From the IMG/VR virus record IMGVR_UViG_3300018068_000001, positions 1-35,379 of that record: 35,379 nucleotides of DNA. One strand, given 5' to 3'. This DNA comes from a virus. Lineage: Duplodnaviria; Caudoviricetes. Positions 8,222 to 19,469 of the stretch are shown here, one piece after another. The stretch's first letter is position 1; each line of letters begins with the position of its first letter. The notes under the pieces are model-generated. The model had not been told where the DNA came from, ran no database searches, and was given only the letters and a program-made list of their open reading frames with translations. The translations under genes and the position numbers were made by a program.

Positions 8222-11200
8222 TTAAGTTCTATTTTGACCATCTTTAACTGTATCAGTTTGAGTACCTGATTCCACATGGGTATTAACATTTAATAGTTGA
8301 CCCCTCTCTATGATCAGGTTATCGATTACTATATCTTCAGGCTCCAGTATATAAGTCAGTTTCATTATATCTTTTTTTGGATCTATTTCGATACCACTTA
8401 TCCATCCAGTACGCACTCCAGAGTTTGTATAGATAGGATCTGTAAATTGCACGGTCTGCAACAATTCAGCCACTACTGTAGAACTTATGATAGGAGTCTG
8501 AAATATCGCCTTAGTTTTTTGTCTGGTAATCCACCTTATGCAATTATCCATAAACTTATAGGGAGAATCTTTTGTACTCAGGACAGGATTTGGGAGACCT
8601 TTAAAAAGCATAGCATTGGGGAACCATGATAACTTAGCCAGAGCATCCGGTAAAGGTTGTATCGCCCATGTTCTCCTATAAGATTCTGATATAGTATCCC
8701 ATATCTGTTTAGCATCTGCATATGATCCCCCACCGATCCCACCCACCCATGTTTTCCATAACTCCATGGTCACGGGGGCTGGTGACATTACTCCTATAGC
8801 TGGGAATGCTGCTTGATCAGCATTAGTGATGGTGATAGAACATTGATATTTTTTAGTAGCCTCATTGTAGTCATACCAGATACGATAATCATTATAAAGA
8901 TCTGCCATCTCTGTATTTTCCCACGTGATACTATCTACTATAACAGGCAGAGATAACTTTGTGGGTTCCTGATCTACCCATGTACTTCCTACATATTTAT
9001 AATAGGGATCTCTCCATGCTCTGAGTCCACGTTTCCCAGTCCTGGTAGGGTATACTACTACAAAGGATTGATTAGCTAACTCACTTATATAGTCAAAGGA
9101 ATTCTTACGATCATTGATCTGTCGACCTACATTCCAGTCATCCCTTACATAAGGTAAATTAGTATAATCGATATTAGCTGGAAGTATCCCATCGTATGTC
9201 TCAAGCATTAATCTAAATGCTCTATAAACTGTATTAGATTCTAAACCCCCTATAGTTTCCCCCTTGACCCTTACATAAAAATCATCCGAAGAAGGATTAA
9301 CAGACCGATACCCTATAAATCCAGCCTCTTTCATAGAAACTCCAAGTGTGAAGGGGAGTCCTATAGGGGGATCCGGGAGATCATTACCAAATTCATCTTT
9401 TTGAGTAGCACCTGTACTCGTCACATAAACATTGACCTGGATCATATTAGTAGTGGTGCCATCCTTAATAGCCCCAAATATATCATCTGAGAGTTTGAGT
9501 AAACCTTTCATGGTTTGCTCTTCACCATTACCGTTATAGTCTACATAAGGCCATAAGACATCACCAGTAACTATCCTATATCCCCCATGCGCATAGTACT
9601 CATCTGGTAGACTATCAAATCCTATTCTATCTGGCTGTACTGATTCATCTATGGGATAAAATACTGCGGGTTCTACTTCACCATCAGTAAGCATATCTAT
9701 TACGTTTCCATAGGCATCGATCATGGAATATTCCGCGAACATCCTGATATCTACTGGTTCTGAAGGTACTGCCAGCATATCAAAAGCTAAATATAGACTA
9801 TCATACTCAGTGAGCAGCTGTTCAGGAGGATAAGATACACGGAATGAAAATTTATATAGATTCTTCTTATTCCCATATTCCGGAAAGTGGATAGAACAAT
9901 TTGTTCTTTGAGATCTATCGCATAAAGAAAATCCTACTATCGATTGGGAATTACTTGTGATACTTTTCACAGGACCTGAGTCACTATCTATATACCCATT
10001 TTGATCAATAAATATCTCCCACTGTCTGGGTACGATAGGTACCATATAAATTACTGATCCATCTTTTTTCATTCTTGACGTATACATGCCAAGTTGAGGG
10101 TGCCCCATGGACCCTGTTGTGTCAATCACTTGATTGAGTACAATGCCCTGTACTTGTTCCATGGCGAGAGTCTGATCATTATAGATAAAGACCATAGGAC
10201 CTGCTGCATCAGATACAAATTCTTTTATACCATGAGTAGATACTACATGAGTATAAGGCATGTATAAAGATGAGAGGAACCAAGTGGATATATCAGATTT
10301 ATTATGGGTAGGTCTTAGAGTCTTGAGGATATTGACGTACCCATGGTACTTTGCATTACCCCCTGCAAAATTTATGAATATATCTACATCAGTACCATAT
10401 TGTTTCTTGATATCTACTGTGACCCATGCAAGTGGACCAGATATTATTGGTACTCGCCCTATCATTTCTCCAGTAGGACTATCTTTATGTATAGTTACTG
10501 TGCAATTCTGATTCATAGATATTTCGAGGAGAATCTGATTACACCCTGCTCCAGCATTAGACATATCTATATGAGCATATTCTATTTCTGCTTCTGATCT
10601 TATATCCCACATCCCCTGGAATACATCACCCTTTTGTGAGTGAGTAAAAGTTGTAGCTGTGTACGCTTTAATAAATGGTACACCCTCGCCTTGTCTCGGA
10701 TCATAAGCATAAGACTGATTAAAAATAGTTTCTGTCGTAAAATCAAAAGATGACCCAAGTTTTACCTTGGTTATCCCAGCTATGGTCGTAGCATCATTAC
10801 CCGTAATCCGAAGTAGTTGATCAGAATCAATTTCTCCCCCACCCTTAGCTGCATAAATATAATGGTCTTTGAGAGCATCCAAAATATAGGATACATTCTT
10901 GGTGTAAAGTTCGAGTTCTGGATTTGCCAAACCAGTAGTCTTATAAGTCTTTGCACCACATGCTTTGATCTCAAAGTTTTCATCTTTAGTAAGCTTAGAT
11001 ACTACGAGTGTATCATTAACAGGGGCGTCACTGATCACGGTAAGCTTTGCATAGGTACAATCACCTATCACTACTGGTATCGTGGTGCCTTGAGAATCTG
11101 GTGATGATCCAGGATAAGATGTCTGGTCCACCACTATAGGCGGGATCATCTTATGGAGTTTTTTGAATGGATCGGTGCAGATAAACTCATAATTGATATC

Positions 11201-11614
11201 ATCATATGGATTGTTAGATACTACTCCAGACCACGCCATGTAAAATATACCATCTACTACTACATAAAAATTGATGGTACGATTAGTAAGATAAATAGCA
11301 TTATCCCGGATGTATACCCAAAGTTTTATATCATTACGGATAGAGAAATTAAATCCTGACATAGTAGCATAATCACCTGTCTGGGACAGATCTGCTGATC
11401 GAGTAGGATTAGACATCTTATCCTTCATGATCCATCCCTCATACCAGACATGGGTATTATCTGAGAGATCCTCATTCTTAGGGTATACCGCAGAGCCTAC
11501 ATACCCAGGACGACCGGTGATGTACCGGAATATCCCTGCTACCAAACCATAGGCAGTATTGGTGAAGGAAGTTTGTTCGGTGATGATCTCTACTGCGTAA
11601 TTTATTACTGACAT
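8222..11614 (-). CDS. Large tail tip/hub protein with an internal CBM6-like segment
   Basis: 1130 aa at the end of the tail module; TIPVVIGD motif; carbohydrate-binding-like insert. Confidence 0.65.
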   Translation of the reverse strand: MSVINYAVEIITEQTSFTNTAYGLVAGIFRYITGRPGYVGSAVYPKNEDLSDNTHVWYEGWIMKDKMSNPTRSADLSQTGDYATMSGFNFSIRNDIKLWVYIRDNAIYLTNRTINFYVVVDGIFYMAWSGVVSNNPYDDINYEFICTDPFKKLHKMIPPIVVDQTSYPGSSPDSQGTTIPVVIGDCTYAKLTVISDAPVNDTLVVSKLTKDENFEIKACGAKTYKTTGLANPELELYTKNVSYILDALKDHYIYAAKGGGEIDSDQLLRITGNDATTIAGITKVKLGSSFDFTTETIFNQSYAYDPRQGEGVPFIKAYTATTFTHSQKGDVFQGMWDIRSEAEIEYAHIDMSNAGAGCNQILLEISMNQNCTVTIHKDSPTGEMIGRVPIISGPLAWVTVDIKKQYGTDVDIFINFAGGNAKYHGYVNILKTLRPTHNKSDISTWFLSSLYMPYTHVVSTHGIKEFVSDAAGPMVFIYNDQTLAMEQVQGIVLNQVIDTTGSMGHPQLGMYTSRMKKDGSVIYMVPIVPRQWEIFIDQNGYIDSDSGPVKSITSNSQSIVGFSLCDRSQRTNCSIHFPEYGNKKNLYKFSFRVSYPPEQLLTEYDSLYLAFDMLAVPSEPVDIRMFAEYSMIDAYGNVIDMLTDGEVEPAVFYPIDESVQPDRIGFDSLPDEYYAHGGYRIVTGDVLWPYVDYNGNGEEQTMKGLLKLSDDIFGAIKDGTTTNMIQVNVYVTSTGATQKDEFGNDLPDPPIGLPFTLGVSMKEAGFIGYRSVNPSSDDFYVRVKGETIGGLESNTVYRAFRLMLETYDGILPANIDYTNLPYVRDDWNVGRQINDRKNSFDYISELANQSFVVVYPTRTGKRGLRAWRDPYYKYVGSTWVDQEPTKLSLPVIVDSITWENTEMADLYNDYRIWYDYNEATKKYQCSITITNADQAAFPAIGVMSPAPVTMELWKTWVGGIGGGSYADAKQIWDTISESYRRTWAIQPLPDALAKLSWFPNAMLFKGLPNPVLSTKDSPYKFMDNCIRWITRQKTKAIFQTPIISSTVVAELLQTVQFTDPIYTNSGVRTGWISGIEIDPKKDIMKLTYILEPEDIVIDNLIIERGQLLNVNTHVESGTQTDTVKDGQNRT

Positions 11615-11627
11615 ATTTTATTTACCC

Positions 11628-12599
11628 TTACATCCATGATGCATTAAATTTTCCGTTATTTGTATCATCTACTATGGAATATTTGGTGATAGCATACCCA
11701 GATAATGAATCTGCTGATATATAGATATAATCTCCATCTACATAAGAGCCTACGTCAAAGTTAGTACTTCTTGGAAATATGTAAAGTGGTATAAAGTTGT
11801 ATTTATTGAAAAATATAAGATTGTATCTACTACCCATATCAGGGCTACATGATTTACCAACAAGATAATCTTTATATTTAGACATGAATGAAATGTTAAA
11901 ATCACCTGGTATGGAACATGGGAACTCTGCTATCTTATTAAATGATGATCCATTCCAATGTATAAGATCTATCCTATTCTCTATCCCTATAGGCATATCT
12001 TCATCTACAAGTGGTAGGTAGGGAAATCCTACTTTATTTGAATAACCTGCGGTATGATCATCTATTACATACTGAGCGAGCCATGTGAGTGTACTACCAG
12101 ATACTGACCAAGCATCAATATAGCAACCAAATCCAGAAGTGGTTTCTGATTTTGTCCAGAGTCTATCTCCTGATGGCATCATATAACCCCATAAGGCTCT
12201 TAAACCAAATGAGGTAGAGCTTATTACTGTACCTGTGTAATTATAAAATCTTATGTACCCAGAATCATACCCAAGAACATAAGACCCGTTGAGTGTGCAC
12301 ATATTGGATGAATTACCACGTGTTATAGAGTATATCTGAGAAACAATGGCACCATTAAAATGGGAAAATCTTAATATACAACTACTACCCACTACCCCAT
12401 CAGATTGGACAAAGTAATTATTATCCCAATAATGTGATTCTTTACTTGAGTATGGGCTGTACGCTACCCAATTCATGTTTAAATCATATATAGCTACTTG
12501 AGCATTCCAATTAGCACAATAAAAATAACCTCCAAATTTTGCTATATCATTAGATATATGATTGGTGCTATAGCTATGTGCTACCGAAGTAAGTATCAT
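11628..12599 (-). CDS. Hypothetical beta-rich (propeller-like) protein
   Basis: Aromatic/Ser-rich 323 aa in the tail module. Confidence 0.6.
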   Translation of the reverse strand: MILTSVAHSYSTNHISNDIAKFGGYFYCANWNAQVAIYDLNMNWVAYSPYSSKESHYWDNNYFVQSDGVVGSSCILRFSHFNGAIVSQIYSITRGNSSNMCTLNGSYVLGYDSGYIRFYNYTGTVISSTSFGLRALWGYMMPSGDRLWTKSETTSGFGCYIDAWSVSGSTLTWLAQYVIDDHTAGYSNKVGFPYLPLVDEDMPIGIENRIDLIHWNGSSFNKIAEFPCSIPGDFNISFMSKYKDYLVGKSCSPDMGSRYNLIFFNKYNFIPLYIFPRSTNFDVGSYVDGDYIYISADSLSGYAITKYSIVDDTNNGKFNASWM

Positions 12600-13438
12600 A
12601 TTATACTATACCCTATGTTAAGACTTAATCTATGCATACCAGTTACAGATACCAGATTAAATATTACTATATCTTCTGCTGACATAGATCTATTAGCCCA
12701 ATTGGTTATATCTGTATCACGATTTTTTACAGTGCCATTAAGTACCGCACCAGTCTCATTGTAATGCATAAGAGTTGCCCCAGGATATGTTGAGTAATTA
12801 GTCCTGCTTATATCGAATCGAGCATACCCACCGGTACTCCCAAAAATATTATACTTATAAACCTGAGATGTGACAGGGATAACGATCTGACCTTTGATTC
12901 CTGGAGTGAGAAGAGCTCCTCCTGCATCTACTATTATATTGATCATGCCAGTATAACTAGCGGTACCTCTCATCCCTGTTACTCCTTGTAGACCTGATGA
13001 TCCCTGGATACCTGTAACACCTTGAGAACCTACAGGACCAAGTGTACCTCGTAATCCTGTTAGACCTCTTAACCCAGTTATTCCTTGTAGCCCAGTTACT
13101 CCTTGTAATCCCTGAGCTCCCGTAACACCCATGGCTGCATATGCACCATCTAATCCTGTGGGACCTCTTAACCCAGTTGATCCCGGAGGACCACCAAATG
13201 CACCAGTTGTACCTTGGATACCAGTCTCACCTCCAAACGGAAGATCTACCCATGACATCCCGGTACCACCACATTGCATGATCTGACCAGTTGCTCCTGC
13301 AGTAGCCGGGAATGCATTATCATTGATATATAGATTAGTATCATCTACTGATATACTCACAGATCGATTATGCTTAGGAGTTATCCTGCGAGCATTGTAA
13401 GTTATATCAGCAAAATCTTTAAATTCCCAGACTGGCAT
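12596..13438 (-). CDS. Collagen-like virion protein
   Basis: Central Gly-X-Y repeats. Confidence 0.8.
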   Translation of the reverse strand: MPVWEFKDFADITYNARRITPKHNRSVSISVDDTNLYINDNAFPATAGATGQIMQCGGTGMSWVDLPFGGETGIQGTTGAFGGPPGSTGLRGPTGLDGAYAAMGVTGAQGLQGVTGLQGITGLRGLTGLRGTLGPVGSQGVTGIQGSSGLQGVTGMRGTASYTGMINIIVDAGGALLTPGIKGQIVIPVTSQVYKYNIFGSTGGYARFDISRTNYSTYPGATLMHYNETGAVLNGTVKNRDTDITNWANRSMSAEDIVIFNLVSVTGMHRLSLNIGYSII

Positions 13439-13538
13439 ATTTTATTATCCTTATATAAAGGGACATATGGTACTCCTGCCCGGGGAGGTTGGAGAACATA
13501 ACCGGGCTCTTTCCCATACCTGTCCCAAATTTTATCTA

Positions 13539-14096
13539 TTAAATATCTGCTAAATAAATCTTGTACTCCATATCATTGTACAGCAAACCTGGTACTTGAT
13601 AAAGTACTTTTTGTAGGAGTAGCTTATCCTTGCTCATCACCCCAGTCCATGGTCTATGTATCACAAAATCTGCATATAAATATTCTGTCCCGATTATAGG
13701 GATCTCATCATATTTATAAAGGGATGTTTCAGAGTCATGCATGATCACTACATCACAATACTCACGGACGATCGGAGCAAGCTTGTACCTTAGATCCTGA
13801 TGAGTATCCAGTAGGACTAAGTCTCTTGGCTGATTATAAGATCTTGCATAGGCTAAAACTTCTTCATGATCAGGCATCCAGAGTGTATTGGGATTGATAG
13901 TAAGAAGATGCTCATACCATTCCTGGGACTGAGACTCTATAGTAGTGACTTTAGCTTCCGGGATACTCATGAAGTATGCAGTGGAGAAATCACCACCCCC
14001 GAACTCTAAAATGTTAGAGAAGTTAGTGATCGATCTTATAGTCTCCAGGACTGGGATATGTGAGCCATATCCATCGAATCTTTGTTGTACTGCCAT
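13539..14096 (-). CDS. Class I SAM-dependent methyltransferase-like protein
   Basis: ILEFGGGDFST (motif I), VTTIES, DLVLLD, VVIMHDS. Confidence 0.65.
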   Translation of the reverse strand: MAVQQRFDGYGSHIPVLETIRSITNFSNILEFGGGDFSTAYFMSIPEAKVTTIESQSQEWYEHLLTINPNTLWMPDHEEVLAYARSYNQPRDLVLLDTHQDLRYKLAPIVREYCDVVIMHDSETSLYKYDEIPIIGTEYLYADFVIHRPWTGVMSKDKLLLQKVLYQVPGLLYNDMEYKIYLADI

Positions 14097-14124
14097 TTTG
14101 TTTTGTTCTCCATTTTTACCATAG

Positions 14125-14730
14125 TTAATTAAGTTTAGTTACTCTCATGAAACCATTTGCGTATAATGTGGCTGCTTGCTTTACAACTAAGGTATAAGTT
14201 CCAGCACTGTTATTGTTTGCTATGAATCCACGAAAGTCAGAATAATCAAGAACGTTACTTGCTGATATATTACTTAATGTAGTAACTACTGACCCATAAC
14301 CTGTGGAGGATAATGAACTACCCCATGAAGAAGATATAGCTGGACCAGTAAATCCTGCAATTACCGCAGCACTTTCTCTTAGGCACAATTCAAAAGCATA
14401 AATACCATTTGCTACTGCACTAAATGAAAGATCTGATACTTGTTGGGCTGTTGTGGTAGAACTAAAATTTGAAGTAAGATATTTTATCTGAGTATTAGAA
14501 GCTAATCCACTCAATCCAGTATACCCCTGTACCCCAGTAACACCAGTAGACCCTATAATACCATCAATTCCTGTGACCCCTACTAATCCTGTCACCCCTT
14601 GTGCTCCTGTATACCCTTGGATCTCTTGAGATACTATTATCCATTTACCATCTGCTGCTACATACTTATAGACTGTACCTAGAGCATTTGTATAAAGCTG
14701 ATTATCGGAAGGACCGATCGGAAAAGACAT
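14125..14730 (-). CDS. Short collagen-like fibre protein
   Basis: N-terminal SFPIGPSDNQLYT...VYKY...W module, then G-X-T repeats. Confidence 0.75.
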   Translation of the reverse strand: MSFPIGPSDNQLYTNALGTVYKYVAADGKWIIVSQEIQGYTGAQGVTGLVGVTGIDGIIGSTGVTGVQGYTGLSGLASNTQIKYLTSNFSSTTTAQQVSDLSFSAVANGIYAFELCLRESAAVIAGFTGPAISSSWGSSLSSTGYGSVVTTLSNISASNVLDYSDFRGFIANNNSAGTYTLVVKQAATLYANGFMRVTKLN

Positions 14731-14733
14731 TTT

Positions 14734-15456
14734 TTACCCCACATTTTTATATAATTGCCAAACTTCACCAGCAGCCCATATTCTTGCTGTGTCAAAAAAA
14801 ACATCTGACATATTCCCGTAATACCAATATACTGCATCTATTATGATTCCTACACCTAAACAGGCTGGAGCTGAATTATTCAAATTTATACCATTAGTAG
14901 CTACAGTAAGAGCTGCTGAATTAGATAATACTCCATTTTTATAATATCTTACTACCCCATTATCGCGGTCTACTGTAAACGCTATATGCGCCCATTCATT
15001 TATAGATAAATTGTGGTCCCATGAAGCATTAGAATATTGCCCAACTATTGTACCATATTGGATATTAGCAAACCAAACTGTACCCTCCAACCAAAATGAA
15101 TAACCCACTACATCTGAATATAGAGATTCTATCACATTCATTTTCTTAAATAATGGTCGTTTACCCGTAAAACTTTTTGGGCATACCCATACAGAAAATG
15201 AATAATTATTAGTACCGACATCTAAAGTGTCACCAGCACCAAGATACCCATTGCCTGCACCATCGAAATAAGCTGTAGTATTACCATTCAGTTTTATATC
15301 ATTGGAAGCAGGATCAGTACTTGTGAAATCTCCTGTACCTGGAGTAAGATATCTTCTAAAGGGTCCTGTAGATGATTCATTAAGCCTCCAATAATTAATG
15401 GTACTCGATAATTTAGAGGCACCGTCTTGAGATTTTTCAAATATTAATTTTGGCAT
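14734..15456 (-). CDS. LamG / concanavalin A-like domain protein
   Basis: YFDG...NYSFSVWV...NEWAHIAFTVD...YYKNG...YYGNMSDV...AGEVWQLY. Confidence 0.85.
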   Translation of the reverse strand: MPKLIFEKSQDGASKLSSTINYWRLNESSTGPFRRYLTPGTGDFTSTDPASNDIKLNGNTTAYFDGAGNGYLGAGDTLDVGTNNYSFSVWVCPKSFTGKRPLFKKMNVIESLYSDVVGYSFWLEGTVWFANIQYGTIVGQYSNASWDHNLSINEWAHIAFTVDRDNGVVRYYKNGVLSNSAALTVATNGINLNNSAPACLGVGIIIDAVYWYYGNMSDVFFDTARIWAAGEVWQLYKNVG

Positions 15457-15457
15457 A

Positions 15458-18046
15458 TTATCTCGATATACTTATAGTGAATGCTGCATCAGTAAACCCA
15501 TTAATACCTGTAAAATTCATGAATAATGAATTACCAGCGGATACTGTATTATTCCCAGAAGCATTAAAAGTCTGTTCAGTAGATGATGCCCATACTTTAT
15601 CTATAGATGTAATCGCTGTACTATCTATTTTACATGTCACCATTCCAGTACCTCCTGATGATTTTATTACTAAACTGGATATTGTATAGTTTGCCGGGGC
15701 ATATTGATCCAATGTATAAGTTTTATCTCTCGGTATTTCTATATGACCATTGATGGAATCTATAGTCACACCTCTTATACCTGTAGTTCCTTGTGATCCT
15801 TGAAGACCTGTGATCCCTTGAGATCCAGTTTGTCCTTGAGATCCGGTTTGTCCTTGAGACCCTGTAGATCCTATTAATCCAGTGACTCCTTGAGATCCAG
15901 TAGCACCTATTAACCCGGTGACTCCTTGAGATCCAGTAGCACCTATTAATCCTGTCACACCTTGTGCCCCAGTTCCTCCTATAAGACCAGTGATCCCTTG
16001 AAGACCAGTGATCCCTTGAGATCCAGTTTGTCCTTGAGATCCTGTTATCCCTATAAGACCCGTGATACCTTGGAATCCTGTAGGTCCTACCTTAGAGCCT
16101 GATGATATCTGTACCCAATTTCCATCTAATCCAGTGACAAAACCAAAGAATGCTTCATCCTGAAAATTCCACATGATAGCTGGTACTATCGTAGCATCTA
16201 CGAAAGACCCTTGTTCATAAAAGTTACCAAGACCCGTGATACCCTGAGAACCGGTTATTCCTTGTGACCCTGTATCTCCCTGAGATCCAGTAACACCAAT
16301 TAACCCGGTGATACCCTGAGATCCTGTTATCCCTATAAGACCCGTGATACCCTGAGATCCAGTTTGTCCTTGAGAACCTGTTTGTCCTTGAGACCCAGTA
16401 GTACCTATGAGACCAGTTATTCCTTGAGAGCCAGTGTCACCCTGAGATCCTGTTTGTCCTTGTGACCCTGTATCTCCCTGAGATCCAGTCGATCCTTCTA
16501 ATCCAGTAGCACCTTGTAGCCCAGTTTGACCCCGCAGTCCTATAGACCCTGTATCTCCCTGAGACCCTGTATCTCCCTGAGATCCAGTCACCCCATCTAA
16601 TCCGGTAGTACCTTGTAATCCTATAGACCCTGTATCTCCCTGAGATCCAGTTTCTCCTATGAGACCGGTGATACCAATGAGGCCAGTAATACCTTGAGAA
16701 CCTTGAGCACCTATTTGTCCTTGAGATCCAGTTTCCCCTTGATACCCTGTAGGACCCATTAATCCTGTATCCCCTGTACCAGTTTCTCCCTGAACACCAG
16801 TCATACCTCTTAAACCGGTAGCACCCTGTAGACCAGTAAATCCTACCATACCTGTGAGACCAAGTTGACCCGTGGGACCTGCCATACCTGTATCTCCTTG
16901 AGATCCAGTATCACCTTGAGACCCAGTAGATCCTTCTAACCCTGTAGTACCTTGAGCACCTGTTAGGCCTCTTGCCCCAGTTAGACCCTGAGATCCTGTG
17001 GTACCATGTAATCCTGTAACTCCTACGAGTCCTGTAATACCTTCTAACCCGGTGATACCTTGAGCACCAGTTTGTCCTATTAATCCTGTGATACCCTGAA
17101 ATCCTGTGAATCCTCTCATACCAGTCAAACCTAATTGACCAGTAGATCCCTGATTACCAGTTTCTCCCTGGGGACCTGCAAGACCATCTAATCCTGTGAA
17201 TCCTAATGACCCAGTTTCTCCTTGAAGACCCCGAGCCCCATTTTCTCCTATTATACCAGTTACTCCCTGAGATCCCTGTAATCCTGTAGATCCTACACCT
17301 GTGGCACCTTGTGACCCAGTAGACCCTTGTATCCCAGTTTGCCCTACAGAACCTGCAAGACCTGCTAATCCTGTCTGACCTTGAGAACCTGTGAGACCTT
17401 GGGACCCAGTATCTCCCTGGATGCCAGGTAATCCTATAATACCCGTCGCACCTTGTACCCCAGTATCCCCCATACCTGCGTATGATCCGGGGATACCTTG
17501 TACCCCAGTATCTCCTTGTACCCCAGTTTGACCCTGAGCACCTGCACCAGTCACACCTTGTACCCCAGTATCACCTTTTATGAGGGATTCATATGCTGCT
17601 CCAGTGATACCTGTATAATCTATAGGGTTACTGATCTTGATTATTATCTGGGGTGAAAACTGAGAAACAGATGCATCATTTATCTCATTTAGATAAAACT
17701 GAATGCCATAGTAATAACCGTGGACTGCTGTAGAAATAGAAGATGGATCCATCCTCCATGTTATCTGGATTCTTTTATCATCCAAAACTTTTGATGTATA
17801 AGTGAGTATCGAAGTAGTATATAACTCTGGAAGTACCTTACTCCATCTTAACTCATCTTCTGTAGGAGGCAGCACTCTATAAACTTGTGCAGTGAGCGTA
17901 TTGATGGTGATCAAGGTAGAAACTGATACAATGATCTCACCCTCTATGGTAGATCCTATATTAGTTTCTGCCAGAGGTACTTCACCTGAAAATGGCATCT
18001 TCTGCCCGTAGACAGTATAGCTTACTGGTTTGAAAATAACTGCCAT
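15458..18046 (-). CDS. Long collagen-like fibre protein
   Basis: Several hundred residues of G-X-T/G-X-Q triplets ([12 protein letters not shown]) with globular ends and one interruption. Confidence 0.9.
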   Translation of the reverse strand: MAVIFKPVSYTVYGQKMPFSGEVPLAETNIGSTIEGEIIVSVSTLITINTLTAQVYRVLPPTEDELRWSKVLPELYTTSILTYTSKVLDDKRIQITWRMDPSSISTAVHGYYYGIQFYLNEINDASVSQFSPQIIIKISNPIDYTGITGAAYESLIKGDTGVQGVTGAGAQGQTGVQGDTGVQGIPGSYAGMGDTGVQGATGIIGLPGIQGDTGSQGLTGSQGQTGLAGLAGSVGQTGIQGSTGSQGATGVGSTGLQGSQGVTGIIGENGARGLQGETGSLGFTGLDGLAGPQGETGNQGSTGQLGLTGMRGFTGFQGITGLIGQTGAQGITGLEGITGLVGVTGLHGTTGSQGLTGARGLTGAQGTTGLEGSTGSQGDTGSQGDTGMAGPTGQLGLTGMVGFTGLQGATGLRGMTGVQGETGTGDTGLMGPTGYQGETGSQGQIGAQGSQGITGLIGITGLIGETGSQGDTGSIGLQGTTGLDGVTGSQGDTGSQGDTGSIGLRGQTGLQGATGLEGSTGSQGDTGSQGQTGSQGDTGSQGITGLIGTTGSQGQTGSQGQTGSQGITGLIGITGSQGITGLIGVTGSQGDTGSQGITGSQGITGLGNFYEQGSFVDATIVPAIMWNFQDEAFFGFVTGLDGNWVQISSGSKVGPTGFQGITGLIGITGSQGQTGSQGITGLQGITGLIGGTGAQGVTGLIGATGSQGVTGLIGATGSQGVTGLIGSTGSQGQTGSQGQTGSQGITGLQGSQGTTGIRGVTIDSINGHIEIPRDKTYTLDQYAPANYTISSLVIKSSGGTGMVTCKIDSTAITSIDKVWASSTEQTFNASGNNTVSAGNSLFMNFTGINGFTDAAFTISISR

Positions 18047-18049
18047 TTT

Positions 18050-18475
18050 TTATGCATCCTTGAATTGATTTTTGATATGAATAATGATATCAGTCAACAC
18101 TTTCACTGCCGATGAATTTTCTAACTTATTGATATAAAAAGATATAGCAAAATAATCATCATTTGACACAGTGGCAATGCTATATGGGTCAAAACGGTAA
18201 AAGATCTGTAAATTACCATTTGATAATAATTCTTTTTCGTAAATAAGAACAAAGGAATCATAGAGGTCTGACCCTTCTTTGATATACCTGGGTTCTGTAT
18301 AAGATGGAGGGTCAACTTTATAAACATGAGCTTCTATGGTGCAATCTACTTTGATCCCAGGAGTCGTGATCTGAATATATCCCTCACAAGTATCGAGCAT
18401 ATTCATCTCGAGTACAGGGGGTTTACCTTGTTTGACCTGACATCCATAAAAATCATAGGAGACAGATTCTATCAT
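18050..18475 (-). CDS. Hypothetical protein, paralogous to the N-terminal domain of the long collagen protein
   Basis: AHVYKVDPP..LY..FYRFDPYSI..YFAISFYIN aligns with [29 protein letters not shown]. Confidence 0.75.
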   Translation of the reverse strand: MIESVSYDFYGCQVKQGKPPVLEMNMLDTCEGYIQITTPGIKVDCTIEAHVYKVDPPSYTEPRYIKEGSDLYDSFVLIYEKELLSNGNLQIFYRFDPYSIATVSNDDYFAISFYINKLENSSAVKVLTDIIIHIKNQFKDA

Positions 18476-19269
18476 AGATCCTCCACAGCTTTTATTTGGA
18501 CCCTATGAAATAACTGACCGAATGTACCAGTCTCTTTCACTTGGATATATTTGAGATTCTTAGGCCATGTATTTGATCTATTAGGACCAAAAGGGTATGA
18601 TACTCCTTTAAGTACTGTGGTGGTGATAGCAGCTGATCTTTGGTAAGCCAGTGTCCTACGGAATGTGACCATATCAGCTATCCTGACTGTAGCAGTAAAA
18701 TTAAGTATCCCACTATCTGATCTTTGATCGGTAGTATAAGGGATAGTACCCCCAAGTATTTCAGTCTGATTAAAAGTATACTCCGAATCCCCTGTATAAC
18801 CCACATCGATATGATTAAACTGTATAGCTCCTGCATGAGTACCGGTAAACGTCACAGGATGTAGCAGGATCAATGTTAACTTAACTGACCATGCTCTGAA
18901 GGTACTTTGCTCCCGAGGCCCTATATCCACAACCTTTACCCATATACCAGTTGAGTAATCCACATCACATCCAAAGATCTTTTCATCATCTGCTACCCAA
19001 TCAATAAAGATCTTATTAGCATCAGCATGGGTTACTACTCTATTCGAGAAAATATCAGAAAGAATAGTATTGATAGGGTTAGTATCTATCTCCCGACCGT
19101 ACACAGTGAGCACAGTCTTATACACGTCATTAGTGACACCGCGATCGGATGCCACCCATGATCCGGAGGCTGTTTGAGCCCAAGACAAGGATAAAGTAGT
19201 AGTGGGTACAAAATCATTTTTGATATGTACAGTCTTATACCCGGTGATGCCTTGCCCTGATATCCTCAT
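18472..19269 (-). CDS. Putative distal tail protein
   Basis: Size and position just downstream of the tape measure gene. Confidence 0.5.
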   Translation of the reverse strand: MRISGQGITGYKTVHIKNDFVPTTTLSLSWAQTASGSWVASDRGVTNDVYKTVLTVYGREIDTNPINTILSDIFSNRVVTHADANKIFIDWVADDEKIFGCDVDYSTGIWVKVVDIGPREQSTFRAWSVKLTLILLHPVTFTGTHAGAIQFNHIDVGYTGDSEYTFNQTEILGGTIPYTTDQRSDSGILNFTATVRIADMVTFRRTLAYQRSAAITTTVLKGVSYPFGPNRSNTWPKNLKYIQVKETGTFGQLFHRVQIKAVEDL

Positions 19270-19439
19270 TATTCTACATTACCTTTTTCTACTGCATGCT
19301 TAAGAAATATTGCAATTAACCCAGTGGAGATAAGTTGAACACCTTGATCAGTGTTACCATTTATCACGGTGGCTACACCAAATATAACGGTGGCTATGCC
19401 TGTCCAGAATGTTTTAGATGTCAATAAAGTCTTTATCAT
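19269..19439 (-). CDS. Small holin-like membrane protein (56 aa, not in the ORF track)
   Basis: MIKTLLTSKTFWTGIATVIFGVATVINGNTDQGVQLISTGLIAIFLKHAVEKGNVE; two hydrophobic segments, SKTFW motif, AAGGA RBS. Confidence 0.65.
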   Translation of the reverse strand: MIKTLLTSKTFWTGIATVIFGVATVINGNTDQGVQLISTGLIAIFLKHAVEKGNVE

Positions 19440-19469
19440 AGATCCTTCTTTCTCAATATACTGGTTTTA

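Noticed and set aside
15780-17580. DNA repeats as a CRISPR array or DGR template
   Set aside because: Explained by collagen Gly-X-Y coding; no reverse transcriptase is present.
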